A stretch of DNA of 64,000 nt from Armatimonadota bacterium (GTDB taxonomy: Bacteria; Armatimonadota; Fimbriimonadia; Fimbriimonadales; GBS-DC): contig JBBIQK010000001.1 in NCBI GenBank assembly GCA_037442365.1, positions 37,797 to 101,796 on the forward strand, written 5' to 3'. The notes beneath the pieces were generated by a model that had not been told where the DNA came from, made no database searches, and saw nothing but the letters and a program-made list of their open reading frames with translations. Both the position numbers and the translations under genes were made by a program. This document shows, piece after piece, positions 1 through 8,775 of this stretch. Within the stretch, counting starts at the first letter, position 1, and the number at the start of each line of letters is the position of its first letter.

Positions 1-118
1 AATTATCGGCGACTGAAGTCTAATTTCTCCCCGCCTATATTGTAGCACAATTCGGGGGGCTAAATGCAAGGGGGAAGGGCGTGTTTCGAGGGTGAGGCGG
101 GTATACTCACACGCAGAA

Positions 119-1135
119 ATGCCAGCACGCAGGCGGTTCGCGCAGGAAGAGATCTATTTGCGGCCGCGGCGCTTCCGCCAGACGCCGAAGTCGTTCCTCA
201 TCGCCTTCGCGTACGCGATGGGCGTGTCTGTGCTGCTTTCTGCTTGCCAGAGTCGGACCGAGTCGCGTGTGCGAATAGACTTCTCACGCACAGCGCAGAT
301 GCTGGCGCTTGCGCCCGCCCCTGTGCCTCCGATTCAATTGCCTGCGCAGTCGGTTGTCGCCGCGCCCGACGCTTCTGTGCTGCCCCGTCTTGAGGCGCCT
401 GCGCCCACCGAGGCGCTTCGCAGGCGACGCGCGCTCGCGCTGGAGAGCATCGAGCAACAGCGCGCCGCCGTGCGCGAGCAACTCCTGCAGGCGCGCCTGC
501 AGGGCTTGCCCGAACTGGAGGCGCGCTGGGCGGCGGAACTGCGCGCCGAGTACGACCTGGGCGCCCTCCGCGCGGAACACGACGCCGCATGGCGCGAGGC
601 GTTTCAGGCATACGGACAGGCGCGCTTCCCCCTGCTGGTCGCCTTAATCTTTACCGCGCCCGACAGCGACGCCCGCCGCAGTGCGCAGGCGCAGTTAGAC
701 CAGCATGACCGCGCATGGCAGCAGCGTGAGCAAGCCCTTGCGGCGGCATACCAGGCGCAGCGAGAGCGAATCGAGCAGGAGATTGCCGTGCGCGTGAACG
801 CCCGCAGGCGCGAGTATGTGCGCAATGCCGAGCAGGAGGTGCAGGCGCAGTTAGCGGATCAGCCTGACCCTGCCGCGCTGTACCTGCCGCCGCCGCAGAC
901 GCCGTCGCCCGCGCCCACGCGCAAGGCATCCACCCCACCCCTGCGCGTCAGCCTGCCTGCACAGCTCCTGCACGACGCCCCGCACGCACGACTCGCCGTG
1001 AACGAGCGCATGCGCCAGCAGATTCTGCGCCAGCTCGCGCAGGAGTGGGCAGATACGCACGGCTACACACTCACAAACGATCCGAACGCGCCCGACCACA
1101 CCGACGCATTCGTGCGCTACCTGCTCGCCAGATAG
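119..1135 (+). CDS. hypothetical membrane-anchored / lipoprotein-like coiled-coil protein
   Basis: ORF 92..1135. A hydrophobic segment ends in a lipobox-like LLSAC, followed by a long Ala/Arg/Gln/Glu-rich helical region. A TATACT box at 102-107 argues against the GTG at 92, so ATG 119 (or ATG 218) is preferred. No family recognised. Confidence 0.5.
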   Translation: MPARRRFAQEEIYLRPRRFRQTPKSFLIAFAYAMGVSVLLSACQSRTESRVRIDFSRTAQMLALAPAPVPPIQLPAQSVVAAPDASVLPRLEAPAPTEALRRRRALALESIEQQRAAVREQLLQARLQGLPELEARWAAELRAEYDLGALRAEHDAAWREAFQAYGQARFPLLVALIFTAPDSDARRSAQAQLDQHDRAWQQREQALAAAYQAQRERIEQEIAVRVNARRREYVRNAEQEVQAQLADQPDPAALYLPPPQTPSPAPTRKASTPPLRVSLPAQLLHDAPHARLAVNERMRQQILRQLAQEWADTHGYTLTNDPNAPDHTDAFVRYLLAR

Positions 1136-3801
1136 CTCAGCATCGCCCAGAGCCAGTATTGCCCCGCGGGGTGATAGCGCAGGGTGATGGGCGTGTCGCC
1201 CTGATGTCCCGCGAAGTGGAGCGTGCTGACCAGCAGCCTGCCCGCGCCGAGATGCGCCTCCGCCAGGTAGGTATGGGTGTACCCCGTGCGCGTGTCGACG
1301 CGCCGCCAGATGGGGCACAGGAGCGCGTCCAACAGTGCGTCTGCCTGCAGCGCGAAATCAGTGCTGAACGCAAACAGGCGCGCGTCCAGATACTCTGGGC
1401 GCGGCAGGCGCTCCCAGAGCGGATGGGGCAGGAACTGGTGCGCCGCCTCGCGCCAGAAGGGCAAACGCACACACGCGGGCGTCGGCGTGGGCATCAGCCA
1501 CAGCGCACATCCCCCCTGCTCCACAAACGCCGTGTGCGACGGCTCCCAGTGCGTGGTGAGCAGCACACTTCCCACAGGAGGCGCGTCGCCCCCTTGCAGG
1601 CGCACAAAGTTTTCGGGCGTCGGCAGTCCCCAGAGCGCGTCCGTCGGGTCGTACACACACACCTGCCCCAGCGACTCCCACGCAGGCACGGGATAGACGC
1701 CCCAGCGCCACTCGTTCGCACTCACCACCGCGCCCGACGAATCGTGCAGTTCGGCGACAAAGCGCACGCTCGTCGGCAGGGGCGTATCAGGCAGCCTCAG
1801 CTCCGCCTGTGTCAGGAAGGCGACGCCCCCTGCAATCCGTCCGACAGGCGCTTCGCCTGCCTGCACGCGCTCACCCGACTCTGTCTCCAGCCGCCAGTGC
1901 AGAGTCGCGTTCTCAAGGGGCGCGCCGTAGTGCGACACACTCAGGCGTGGGTAGACCGTGCGCCCTGCAAGGTGATTGTACGGGTCGGGGTTCACCGGGC
2001 GGTCGCCGCCCGCAATCCAGTCGCGCCGCCGATGCCAGTCCAGCAGCAGCACGGTATCGGCGTTGAAACCTGTATAGGTTTCGGGCGTAATCTTCAACAT
2101 TCCGTGCTCATCGAGGATGCCAGCCGTGCTGATCGGCGTGTCCTTCAGCCCCGTGACCACATAGCCCGAAGTGTCCTGCATCGCGCGCATCGTCTCCAGC
2201 ACGAGTTTATGGTAAGCAACCGTCTCAAGACGCGAGGTGCGCACAAGTTCGGGCAGCGCGTCGGCGACGCCCGCCTTGTGCAGCCGCTCCTCGACAAAGG
2301 GCGTCTCAAAGAACCAGCGCACGCCCTGCGGATTCACTTCGGGGTCGCGCGAGAGCCACCAGAGCTGCTCGGCAGGCGTATGCTGGCGCAGGGTCATAAA
2401 GTCGCGCATGGTATCGTGGTCGGCGAACTCGCCCTGCAGCCATGGCGCGGGTGTGCGAGGCGTGTCCAGAAAGGCGCGGAAGGTCGTCCGCGCGAAGTGG
2501 GCGTCGCCGTAGAGGTGGTAGTCAGCGAAGTCGGCGTACTCCTGCAACGCGCCGCCGTAGCATTCGCCGCCGCCGCTATTGTCGCGCACCAGCGGGCTGC
2601 CTGTGAGCTGTTTCACCAGCGCGTACAGCTCGCCCAGCGCGTCGCTGGGGAAACGCGCCGACAGCTCGCAGCCCAGCGTCCACAGGATTATCGACGGGTG
2701 GTTGCGCGTCTGGCGCACAATCGCCGCGTATTCGCGTTGCGCCTGCGCAATCTGCTCGGCGTCCATCTGCGGCAGCCACAGCGGTAGCTCCAGCCACACC
2801 AGCATCCCCAGCGCGTCGCACAGGCGCAGATACTCGCGACCGGGAACCCACAGGCACGCCTTGAGCAGATTGAACCCGCACTGCTGGGCGGCGCATAGCT
2901 CGCGCGCGGCGGTCTCGTGGTCGGGATTCGGCGCGTGCGTGTGCAGGTACCAGCCCCAGTGCAACACGCCGCGCGGATAAATCGGCTGCCCATTCAGCAG
3001 GATGGTTGCGCCGTCCACAGCAACCGTGCGCAACCCGAACGCGGTCTCGAAGGCGTGGCTGCGCCGTCCCTCCTGCCAGACCTCCGCCGTCAGGCGGTAC
3101 AGGCGCGGCTGGGCGGGCGACCATGGCTGCGGGTCGGCAATCTGCAGCGCGTGCGTCCATCGGGGCGCGCTGGCTTCGAGTTGCGCCTCGGCGACTGTGC
3201 GTCCGTCGGGGTCATGCACTGTGAGGCGAACGGTAGCAGGGAGCGCGCCGCCCAGTGCGCCCTCGATAATCACCTGCCCGTTTGCCTCACCGCGCACCCA
3301 CAGGTCGCACAGCCACGACTCGCCCGTCTCGAACACCCACACAGGCTGCCACAGCCCCCCAAACGCGCACGACACATACGGCAGGAACCCGCTCAACACC
3401 TGCGGCACAGGGTAGGTCGCCCCGCCGTTTTTGGTAATCTGTACGCGCAGGTGGTTTTCGCCTGCTCGAAGCGCGTCAGTGATGTCCCAGCAAAAGCTAT
3501 CCCAGATGCCGCGATGCACGCCGATGGGCGCGTCGTTCAGAAACCCGCGCGCCTCGTAGCTCGCGCCCCCAAAGTGCAGCCAGTAGCGCTTACCCCGTTC
3601 AGGGCGCGCCTCGAACGCGCACCGATAGGCGCACGGACCCTCGAACGCGCGTGGGACGCCATAATCCTCCCACGCGCTGGGCACGCGCACGGGAATGGAC
3701 CTGCCCTCTACCTCCAGCGTCCACTCGTGCAGGGGGACTGCCGATGCGTGTGTGTGTTCTGTGAGCAGGGGAGCGTGAGCTGCTGCCTCAGGTGCTATCA
3801 T
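1117..3801 (-). CDS. glycoside hydrolase family 2-like (beta-galactosidase/mannosidase/glucuronidase type)
   Basis: 894-aa ORF starting at ATG 3801. The TIM-barrel region carries the GH2-type acid/base motif NHPSIILWTLGCE (compare NHPSI..W..GNE). The N-terminal part looks like a beta-sandwich. Confidence 0.8.
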   Translation of the reverse strand: MIAPEAAAHAPLLTEHTHASAVPLHEWTLEVEGRSIPVRVPSAWEDYGVPRAFEGPCAYRCAFEARPERGKRYWLHFGGASYEARGFLNDAPIGVHRGIWDSFCWDITDALRAGENHLRVQITKNGGATYPVPQVLSGFLPYVSCAFGGLWQPVWVFETGESWLCDLWVRGEANGQVIIEGALGGALPATVRLTVHDPDGRTVAEAQLEASAPRWTHALQIADPQPWSPAQPRLYRLTAEVWQEGRRSHAFETAFGLRTVAVDGATILLNGQPIYPRGVLHWGWYLHTHAPNPDHETAARELCAAQQCGFNLLKACLWVPGREYLRLCDALGMLVWLELPLWLPQMDAEQIAQAQREYAAIVRQTRNHPSIILWTLGCELSARFPSDALGELYALVKQLTGSPLVRDNSGGGECYGGALQEYADFADYHLYGDAHFARTTFRAFLDTPRTPAPWLQGEFADHDTMRDFMTLRQHTPAEQLWWLSRDPEVNPQGVRWFFETPFVEERLHKAGVADALPELVRTSRLETVAYHKLVLETMRAMQDTSGYVVTGLKDTPISTAGILDEHGMLKITPETYTGFNADTVLLLDWHRRRDWIAGGDRPVNPDPYNHLAGRTVYPRLSVSHYGAPLENATLHWRLETESGERVQAGEAPVGRIAGGVAFLTQAELRLPDTPLPTSVRFVAELHDSSGAVVSANEWRWGVYPVPAWESLGQVCVYDPTDALWGLPTPENFVRLQGGDAPPVGSVLLTTHWEPSHTAFVEQGGCALWLMPTPTPACVRLPFWREAAHQFLPHPLWERLPRPEYLDARLFAFSTDFALQADALLDALLCPIWRRVDTRTGYTHTYLAEAHLGAGRLLVSTLHFAGHQGDTPITLRYHPAGQYWLWAMLSYLASR

Positions 3802-3822
3802 ACGAAAATGGTACCTGCTCTC

Positions 3823-5379
3823 CTAATGCCGAAAGTGCCGTATCCCGGTAAACACCATCGCGACGCCCAGTTCGTTGGCGGCGGCGATGACTTCAGGGTC
3901 TTTTTTCGAGCCGCCCGGCTGCACAATCGCACGGACGCCCGCCCGCGCCGCCAGCTCAACGCTGTCTGGGAAGGGGAAGAAGGCATCCGACGCCAGTGAC
4001 GCGCCCTGCGCCCGCTCGCCCGCCTGCTCCAGCGCGAGCCGCACCGAGCCGACACGGTTCATCTGCCCCGCCCCGACGCCCCACACCACACCGCCGCGCG
4101 CGACCACGATCGCGTTCGATTTGACATGCTTAACCACGCGCCACGCGAAGTGCAAATCGCGCCACTCGCTCTCGGTCGGGATGCGCTCGGTGATCACCTG
4201 CAGCGCGTCGGGGTTCCAGTCCAGTGTGTCGCGCTCGGTGTAGAGGACGCCGCCCGTAAGGCTGCGCAGGGCGTAGCCGCGCATCTGATCGGGCGGGAGC
4301 AACTGCCCTGTGCGCAGCAGGCGCACATTCTGCCCCCAGCCCTTGCGCTCCTGAAACACCGTCAGCGCGTCAGGGGCGAACTCTGGCGCGAGAATCACCT
4401 CGAAAAAGGCGCCCGGCGCGACCATCGCTTCCGCCGCCTCGCGGTCAATCGGGCGGTTGCAGGCGACAATCCCGCCGAACGCCGACACGGGGTCTGCCTC
4501 CAGCGCACGCAGAAACGCCTCCGTGAGGCTGTCGCCCAGAGCGACGCCACATGGGTTCGTGTGCTTGATAATCGCGCAGGCAGGCTCGGTGAACTCGCGC
4601 ACCAGCTCCAGCGCGGCGTCGGCGTCCAGCAGGTTGTTGTACGAAAGCTCCTTGCCCCAGAGTTGCTCGGCGGTTGCGATACAGCCCGCAGGGGCGAACG
4701 GCTCGCGGTAGAACGCCGCCTGCTGGTGCGGGTTCTCGCCGTAGCGCAGTCGCTGGGCGAGGCGGAAGGTCGGCGTCAGCGTCTCCGGCAGCGCGCCGTC
4801 GGGGTCGTAGCGGCGGAACCAATCGGCAATCAGCGCGTCGTACTCGGCGACATGGGCAAACGCGCGATACGCCAGCATCGCGCGCTCATCGCGGCTAAAA
4901 CCGCCCGCCTGCAACCGCGCCGCCGCCCACTCGTAGTCTGTCGGGCGCACCACCACCGCCACATGCTCGAAATTCTTCGCCGCCGCGCGAATCAGCGTCG
5001 GACCGCCGATGTCGATCTGCTCAATCTGCTCGGTTTCGGACGCGCCCGCCCGCAACGCCTGCTCGAATGGGTACAGGTTCACCACCACCAGCTCGATGGG
5101 GGGGATTCCCAGCTCGTGCAGGGTTTGCTCGTGTTCGGGCAGGCTGCGGTTCGCCAGCAGCGCGGCGTGAATACGCGGGTGCAGGGTCTTGACGCGCCCA
5201 TCCAGAATTTCGGGGAAGCCTGTCCAGTTGCTGACCTCCTGCACGGGCAGTCCCCCATCGCGCAGGGCGCGCGCTGTGCCGCCCGTTGACAAAAACTCGA
5301 AGCCCAGCGCGTGCAGGGCGCGGGCAAACGGCTCCAGCCCGCGCTTGTCGGAGACGCTGATGAGTGCGATTCGCGGCAT
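3823..5379 (-). CDS. purH: bifunctional AICAR transformylase / IMP cyclohydrolase
   Basis: The N-terminus MPRIALISVSDKRG...STGGTA is the MGS-like IMP cyclohydrolase signature, and the AICARFT domain follows at full length. ATG 5379 is preferred over the GTG at 5400. Confidence 0.95.
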   Translation of the reverse strand: MPRIALISVSDKRGLEPFARALHALGFEFLSTGGTARALRDGGLPVQEVSNWTGFPEILDGRVKTLHPRIHAALLANRSLPEHEQTLHELGIPPIELVVVNLYPFEQALRAGASETEQIEQIDIGGPTLIRAAAKNFEHVAVVVRPTDYEWAAARLQAGGFSRDERAMLAYRAFAHVAEYDALIADWFRRYDPDGALPETLTPTFRLAQRLRYGENPHQQAAFYREPFAPAGCIATAEQLWGKELSYNNLLDADAALELVREFTEPACAIIKHTNPCGVALGDSLTEAFLRALEADPVSAFGGIVACNRPIDREAAEAMVAPGAFFEVILAPEFAPDALTVFQERKGWGQNVRLLRTGQLLPPDQMRGYALRSLTGGVLYTERDTLDWNPDALQVITERIPTESEWRDLHFAWRVVKHVKSNAIVVARGGVVWGVGAGQMNRVGSVRLALEQAGERAQGASLASDAFFPFPDSVELAARAGVRAIVQPGGSKKDPEVIAAANELGVAMVFTGIRHFRH

Positions 5380-5448
5380 ACGATTCAGGATACCCCACAC
5401 GGGCGCACGGAATGGGGTATTGCAGTGAACCCCCTCCAGACGCGAATC

Positions 5449-5480
5449 AAAAGCGCGTCCCTGCCGAAGCAGAGACGCGC
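5449..5480 (-). terminator. intrinsic terminator after the PEP-CTERM gene
   Basis: On the minus strand: GCGCGTCTCTGC-TTCG-GCAGGGACGCGC, with 11 of 12 bp paired and a TTCG loop, followed by TTTTG. Confidence 0.6.
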
Positions 5481-5505
5481 CGCGAGTGATGGCGTCCGAT
5501 TTCGT

Positions 5506-6168
5506 TCAGCGGCGGCGACGGCGCGCCAGCAATCCGACGAACCCCGTGCCCAGCGCAATCAGCGACGCTGGTTCAGGAACCATCATCGCCAGATTCTGGG
5601 TCTGGGGGTTGTCGATGCTGCGCAGGAAGTAGTAGTAGTCCGCCTGACCTGCCGTCGCGCTCAGCAGTGAGTTGGCATACCCCACAACCGTGGCGTTCTG
5701 ACTGTACTCGAACACATCCCCGCTCAGGTTGTCGGGGTTGCCCAACGAATGGTCGTGCGCGACTTCCCACATCGCAATCTGGAAGGCGCGTCCCTTGTTG
5801 TTCAGGTCGGAGCCTGTGATGAAGGTGTCCTTCAGATTCAGCAGCGCGCCGACGCGACCATACGCCAGCCACAGCTCGTAGGTGTAATTCTGGCTGAAGT
5901 TAATCACATGGTCCAGGTCGACGCAGAACGCCTGACTCTTGGGCGCGGTTGTCGTGAGATTGAACACGCCTGCCGTTGTGGTGGACGGGTTCGTATTGTA
6001 GGTAATCTGCACGGAACCGCCGGGCGAAATACTGTTCAGCGTCAGAGACACTGTGCCCAGCAGGGACACTTTATCGTTGTTGAACAGCGTCGCGTTGGCA
6101 AAAGCGCCGCTTAGCAGCACAGCGCTCAACCCAATCGTTGCTCCCAGAAGACCGTAGTGTTTGTTCAT
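5506..6168 (-). CDS. PEP-CTERM sorting-domain secreted protein
   Basis: The C-terminus VPEPASLIALGTGFVGLLARRRRR has the PEP motif, a TM helix and a basic tail. Signal peptide MNKHYGLLGATIGLSAVLLSGAFA. GGGAGG lies upstream of ATG 6168. Confidence 0.85.
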   Translation of the reverse strand: MNKHYGLLGATIGLSAVLLSGAFANATLFNNDKVSLLGTVSLTLNSISPGGSVQITYNTNPSTTTAGVFNLTTTAPKSQAFCVDLDHVINFSQNYTYELWLAYGRVGALLNLKDTFITGSDLNNKGRAFQIAMWEVAHDHSLGNPDNLSGDVFEYSQNATVVGYANSLLSATAGQADYYYFLRSIDNPQTQNLAMMVPEPASLIALGTGFVGLLARRRRR

Positions 6169-6288
6169 GGTTGCCTCCCGACTGCCAATCGCAGTCGAGA
6201 GGAACAATAGCGCAGTGCGTGCCAATTCGCGCGAATCCTGCTGTCAGCCCTACGGGGTTGCGCTCGAAAACTGGTACGAAGACGGGCG

Positions 6289-6648
6289 TCAGCCCTCTTC
6301 GACAGGCGAGAAGTAGATGACCGTCACCAGGTCGTCCATCGACACGGGGCGGTCGTAGATACGCTCCAGTAGGGCAATCACATCTTCTAAGGTGCGGAAC
6401 TCCGGGTTCTCGCGCTCGATGTCGCGCGGGCTGAGGTCAGCAATCGGCTTGACCTCCACGCGATCCAGAATCGCTGTGAACAGTCGCTTGCGCTTGCCGA
6501 AGCGCGGTCCGACCGTAATCCACACAATCTGCCCTGCGCTGTATTTTCGGGACTTGTCTCCCAGTCGTATCGTCGCCGTTTTGCGCAGGGAACGCAGCAT
6601 ATCCTCATACAGGTCCGTGTAGAAGTTCAACGCGAACATAGAGATCAT
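6289..6648 (-). CDS. ASCH-domain-like small protein
   Basis: 119 aa. The pattern ...KTATIRLGDKSRKYSAGQIVWIT... and the overall size resemble ASCH/PUA-like RNA-binding domains. GC is lower than in the neighbours. Recognised from memory only. Confidence 0.55.
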   Translation of the reverse strand: MISMFALNFYTDLYEDMLRSLRKTATIRLGDKSRKYSAGQIVWITVGPRFGKRKRLFTAILDRVEVKPIADLSPRDIERENPEFRTLEDVIALLERIYDRPVSMDDLVTVIYFSPVEEG

Positions 6649-6700
6649 CCCTCTCGGTTATTCCATAGTTTGGATTTCGCCACGGCTCCGACGACTCCTG

Positions 6701-7459
6701 CTACAGATTCGACAGCATGCGCTTGATGTTTTGCAGGCAGCGGGCGGCGGCTTCAATCGGCGGGCGATGGTAGCGCTCCTGCTCCACAATCAGCCATTCC
6801 CACTGGTGTTGCAAGGCGAGGCGCAGGATGGCGGACATGTCAATCGCGCCCTCGCCGACCTCCACATCGTGCATCTCAGGCTTGCTGAGGTAGTCTTTCA
6901 GGTGCAGCGCGCGGATACGGTCCGCGTACTGCTGGCACAACTCTACGGCGTTCGCGCCGCCGTACTCCACCCAGTAGGTGTCGGGCTCCAGATAGAAGTA
7001 GCGCGGGTCAGTGTTCGCCATCAGGATGTCGATGGCGCGCGCGCCGTCGTGCTCCACAAACTCGTAGCCATGCAGATGGTACAGGAACGGCACATTCCCC
7101 GCCGCCAGCGATTCGCCAATCCGATTGAACCGCTCCGCGATGCGCTTCCAGTCGTCCGCGGACTGACGCTGCGACTCATCGATCCAGAAGGTCACGGCGT
7201 AGTGCCCGTTCCACTGGCGGCAGGCGTCGATGACCTGCTGCGGCTCGTTCTCCAGCGTGTTCAGGTCAAACCCCAGCCCGGCGATTTTCAGCCCCGTCTC
7301 CTGCAGCAGCTGCGCCATCGCGGGCGAGTGTTCGCCCATAAAGCCAGTCGTCTCGATGTATTCGTAGCCCATCTGCGCGACAGCGCGGATGGTTCCCTCA
7401 AAGTCCGCCTTCAAATCGTCGCGCAGGGTGTAGAGTTGCAGTCCGATTTTGGGTTGCAT
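6701..7459 (-). CDS. sugar phosphate isomerase/epimerase (xylose isomerase-like TIM barrel)
   Basis: MQPKIGLQLYTLRDDL...GYEYIE is typical of the AP endonuclease 2 / xylose-isomerase-like TIM family. GGAAGGAGG lies before ATG 7459. Confidence 0.85.
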   Translation of the reverse strand: MQPKIGLQLYTLRDDLKADFEGTIRAVAQMGYEYIETTGFMGEHSPAMAQLLQETGLKIAGLGFDLNTLENEPQQVIDACRQWNGHYAVTFWIDESQRQSADDWKRIAERFNRIGESLAAGNVPFLYHLHGYEFVEHDGARAIDILMANTDPRYFYLEPDTYWVEYGGANAVELCQQYADRIRALHLKDYLSKPEMHDVEVGEGAIDMSAILRLALQHQWEWLIVEQERYHRPPIEAAARCLQNIKRMLSNL

Positions 7460-7481
7460 TGTGCGCCTCCTTCCAGAATGG

Positions 7482-8123
7482 TTATAAGTAGGGGTTCGTT
7501 GCCCGTTCGACGCCAACGGTCGTGTCAGGTCCGTGTCCGGGGTGCAGAATCGTGTCGTCGGGCAGCGGCATCACGCGCGTGTGCAGATGTTCGCGCAGGG
7601 TGTGCATATCCGCGTAGGGGATGTCCGTGCGTCCGACGCTGCCCGCGAAGATGGCGTCGCCACAGAACAGGCGCATCGGCTGTGTGTTTTTCAGCAGGAA
7701 CCCCAGATGTTCGGGCGCGTGCCCGCGCAGATCGAGCGTTTCGAACGCCAGCGCGCCGATGCAGAACTCGTCGCCCTCCGCCAGAAATCGGTCTGGCGCA
7801 GGCACAGGCTCGGTGGGCGGCAGATTCAGATACACAGGATGCTCATGCGCCTGCTGCGCCCACAGCTCCCACTCGTTGCGGGCAATCCAGAACGGCGCGC
7901 CTGTGTGCGCCTGAACCGCGCGCACGCCCACCACATGGTCAAAATGCCCGTGCGTCGCCAGAATCGCCGCGACGGGCGGGTCGCCCAGCGCACGCAGCCG
8001 CTCCAGAATGCGCTCAGGCTCCAGTCCGGGGTCAATCACGGCGGTCTGGCGGGTCGCCACGCACTGCACCAGGTAGCAGTTCGCCTGCAGCACGCCCAGC
8101 GTCAGTTTCTCGATATGTACCAT
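7482..8123 (-). CDS. MBL-fold metallo-hydrolase (glyoxalase II-like)
   Basis: Carries the HGHFDHV metal-binding motif and has the length and layout of the hydroxyacylglutathione hydrolase family. The start overlaps the secG stop by 1 nt. Confidence 0.85.
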   Translation of the reverse strand: MVHIEKLTLGVLQANCYLVQCVATRQTAVIDPGLEPERILERLRALGDPPVAAILATHGHFDHVVGVRAVQAHTGAPFWIARNEWELWAQQAHEHPVYLNLPPTEPVPAPDRFLAEGDEFCIGALAFETLDLRGHAPEHLGFLLKNTQPMRLFCGDAIFAGSVGRTDIPYADMHTLREHLHTRVMPLPDDTILHPGHGPDTTVGVERATNPYL

Positions 8124-8353
8124 CAGGGCATGTAGGTCACCACTGCGGTCAGCACGAACATCGTCACGGCGAGAATCAGCGTCAGGCGCGACAGGTTATC
8201 GTCGAAGCCGGGCTTCGCCTTGCCGAACATGCTGTCCGCCGCGCCCGGACTGAAGATGCCCTCCGAACGCGAAGTCTGAATCGCGACCAGCCCGATAAAA
8301 GCCACCATGACAATGATGTCCATCCAGGTCAGCACTGCTTTTAAGATCTCCAT
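8123..8353 (-). CDS. secG: preprotein translocase subunit SecG
   Basis: 76 aa with two TM helices separated by a Gly/Ser-rich loop (GIFSPGAADSMFG). GAGGAG RBS upstream. Confidence 0.75.
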   Translation of the reverse strand: MEILKAVLTWMDIIVMVAFIGLVAIQTSRSEGIFSPGAADSMFGKAKPGFDDNLSRLTLILAVTMFVLTAVVTYMP

Positions 8354-8568
8354 TGTCGCTCCTCGTCGTAGTCTATGTTCTGGATCCGCTCTCGGATTTC
8401 ATCGACGGGTTCCTCGAGCGATCGGGAGACTTCCTCGCCCGCTTTCTTGAATTCGCGCATGGCTTGTCCGACGGAGCGTGCGATTTCGGGCAGTTTGCGC
8501 GGCCCGAAAATCAGCAGCGCAATCACGAACAAGACCATGATTTCGCTAAAGCCAATGCTCCCAAACAT
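8341..8568 (-). CDS. tatA: twin-arginine translocase TatA/E family protein
   Basis: MFGSIGFSEIMVLFVIALLIFGPRKLPEIARSVGQAMREFKK is the canonical TatA TM helix plus amphipathic helix. GGAGGC RBS before ATG 8568. Confidence 0.85.
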   Translation of the reverse strand: MFGSIGFSEIMVLFVIALLIFGPRKLPEIARSVGQAMREFKKAGEEVSRSLEEPVDEIRERIQNIDYDEERQWRS

Positions 8569-8674
8569 AATTGCCTCCGCTCCACGCGGCGGGAGTATTA
8601 TACCTCTAAGCGCTTGTGCGTTGTTTTGCAACCGCGCCCTTATCGGTGAGTGCGCTTCGCCTGCAAAGCCTTTT

Positions 8675-8728
8675 TGGAGTGCTGAAGCGCAGCTTCAGCA
8701 TGCGCGGAAGCTCCGCTTCCGCACTCCA
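8675..8728. repeat. 54-nt structured repeat element, copy 1
   Basis: TGGAGTGC-TGAAGC-loop-GCTTCA-linker-GCGGAAG-loop-CTTCCGC-ACTCCA: two internal hairpins closed by a terminal stem. The second copy is at 29828..29881. Confidence 0.7.
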
Positions 8729-8775
8729 TAAAGACGGCGCTTCGCGCACAAGTCGTAATCACACGGCAACGACAC

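Noticed and set aside
1045-2787. 580-aa plus-strand ORF
   Set aside because: Fully antisense to the GH2 gene. The composition is Arg/His/Gln/Pro-rich and low-complexity, typical of antisense frames in high-GC DNA. There is no RBS and no recognisable motif.
6731-8344. 537-aa plus-strand ORF
   Set aside because: Runs antisense across three well-supported minus-strand genes (isomerase, MBL hydrolase, secG). The composition is Arg/Ala/Pro-rich nonsense.
8675-8728. The structured repeat as a simple rho-independent terminator
   Set aside because: Neither strand has a U-tract after the structure. The second copy sits upstream of a promoter rather than at a gene end.
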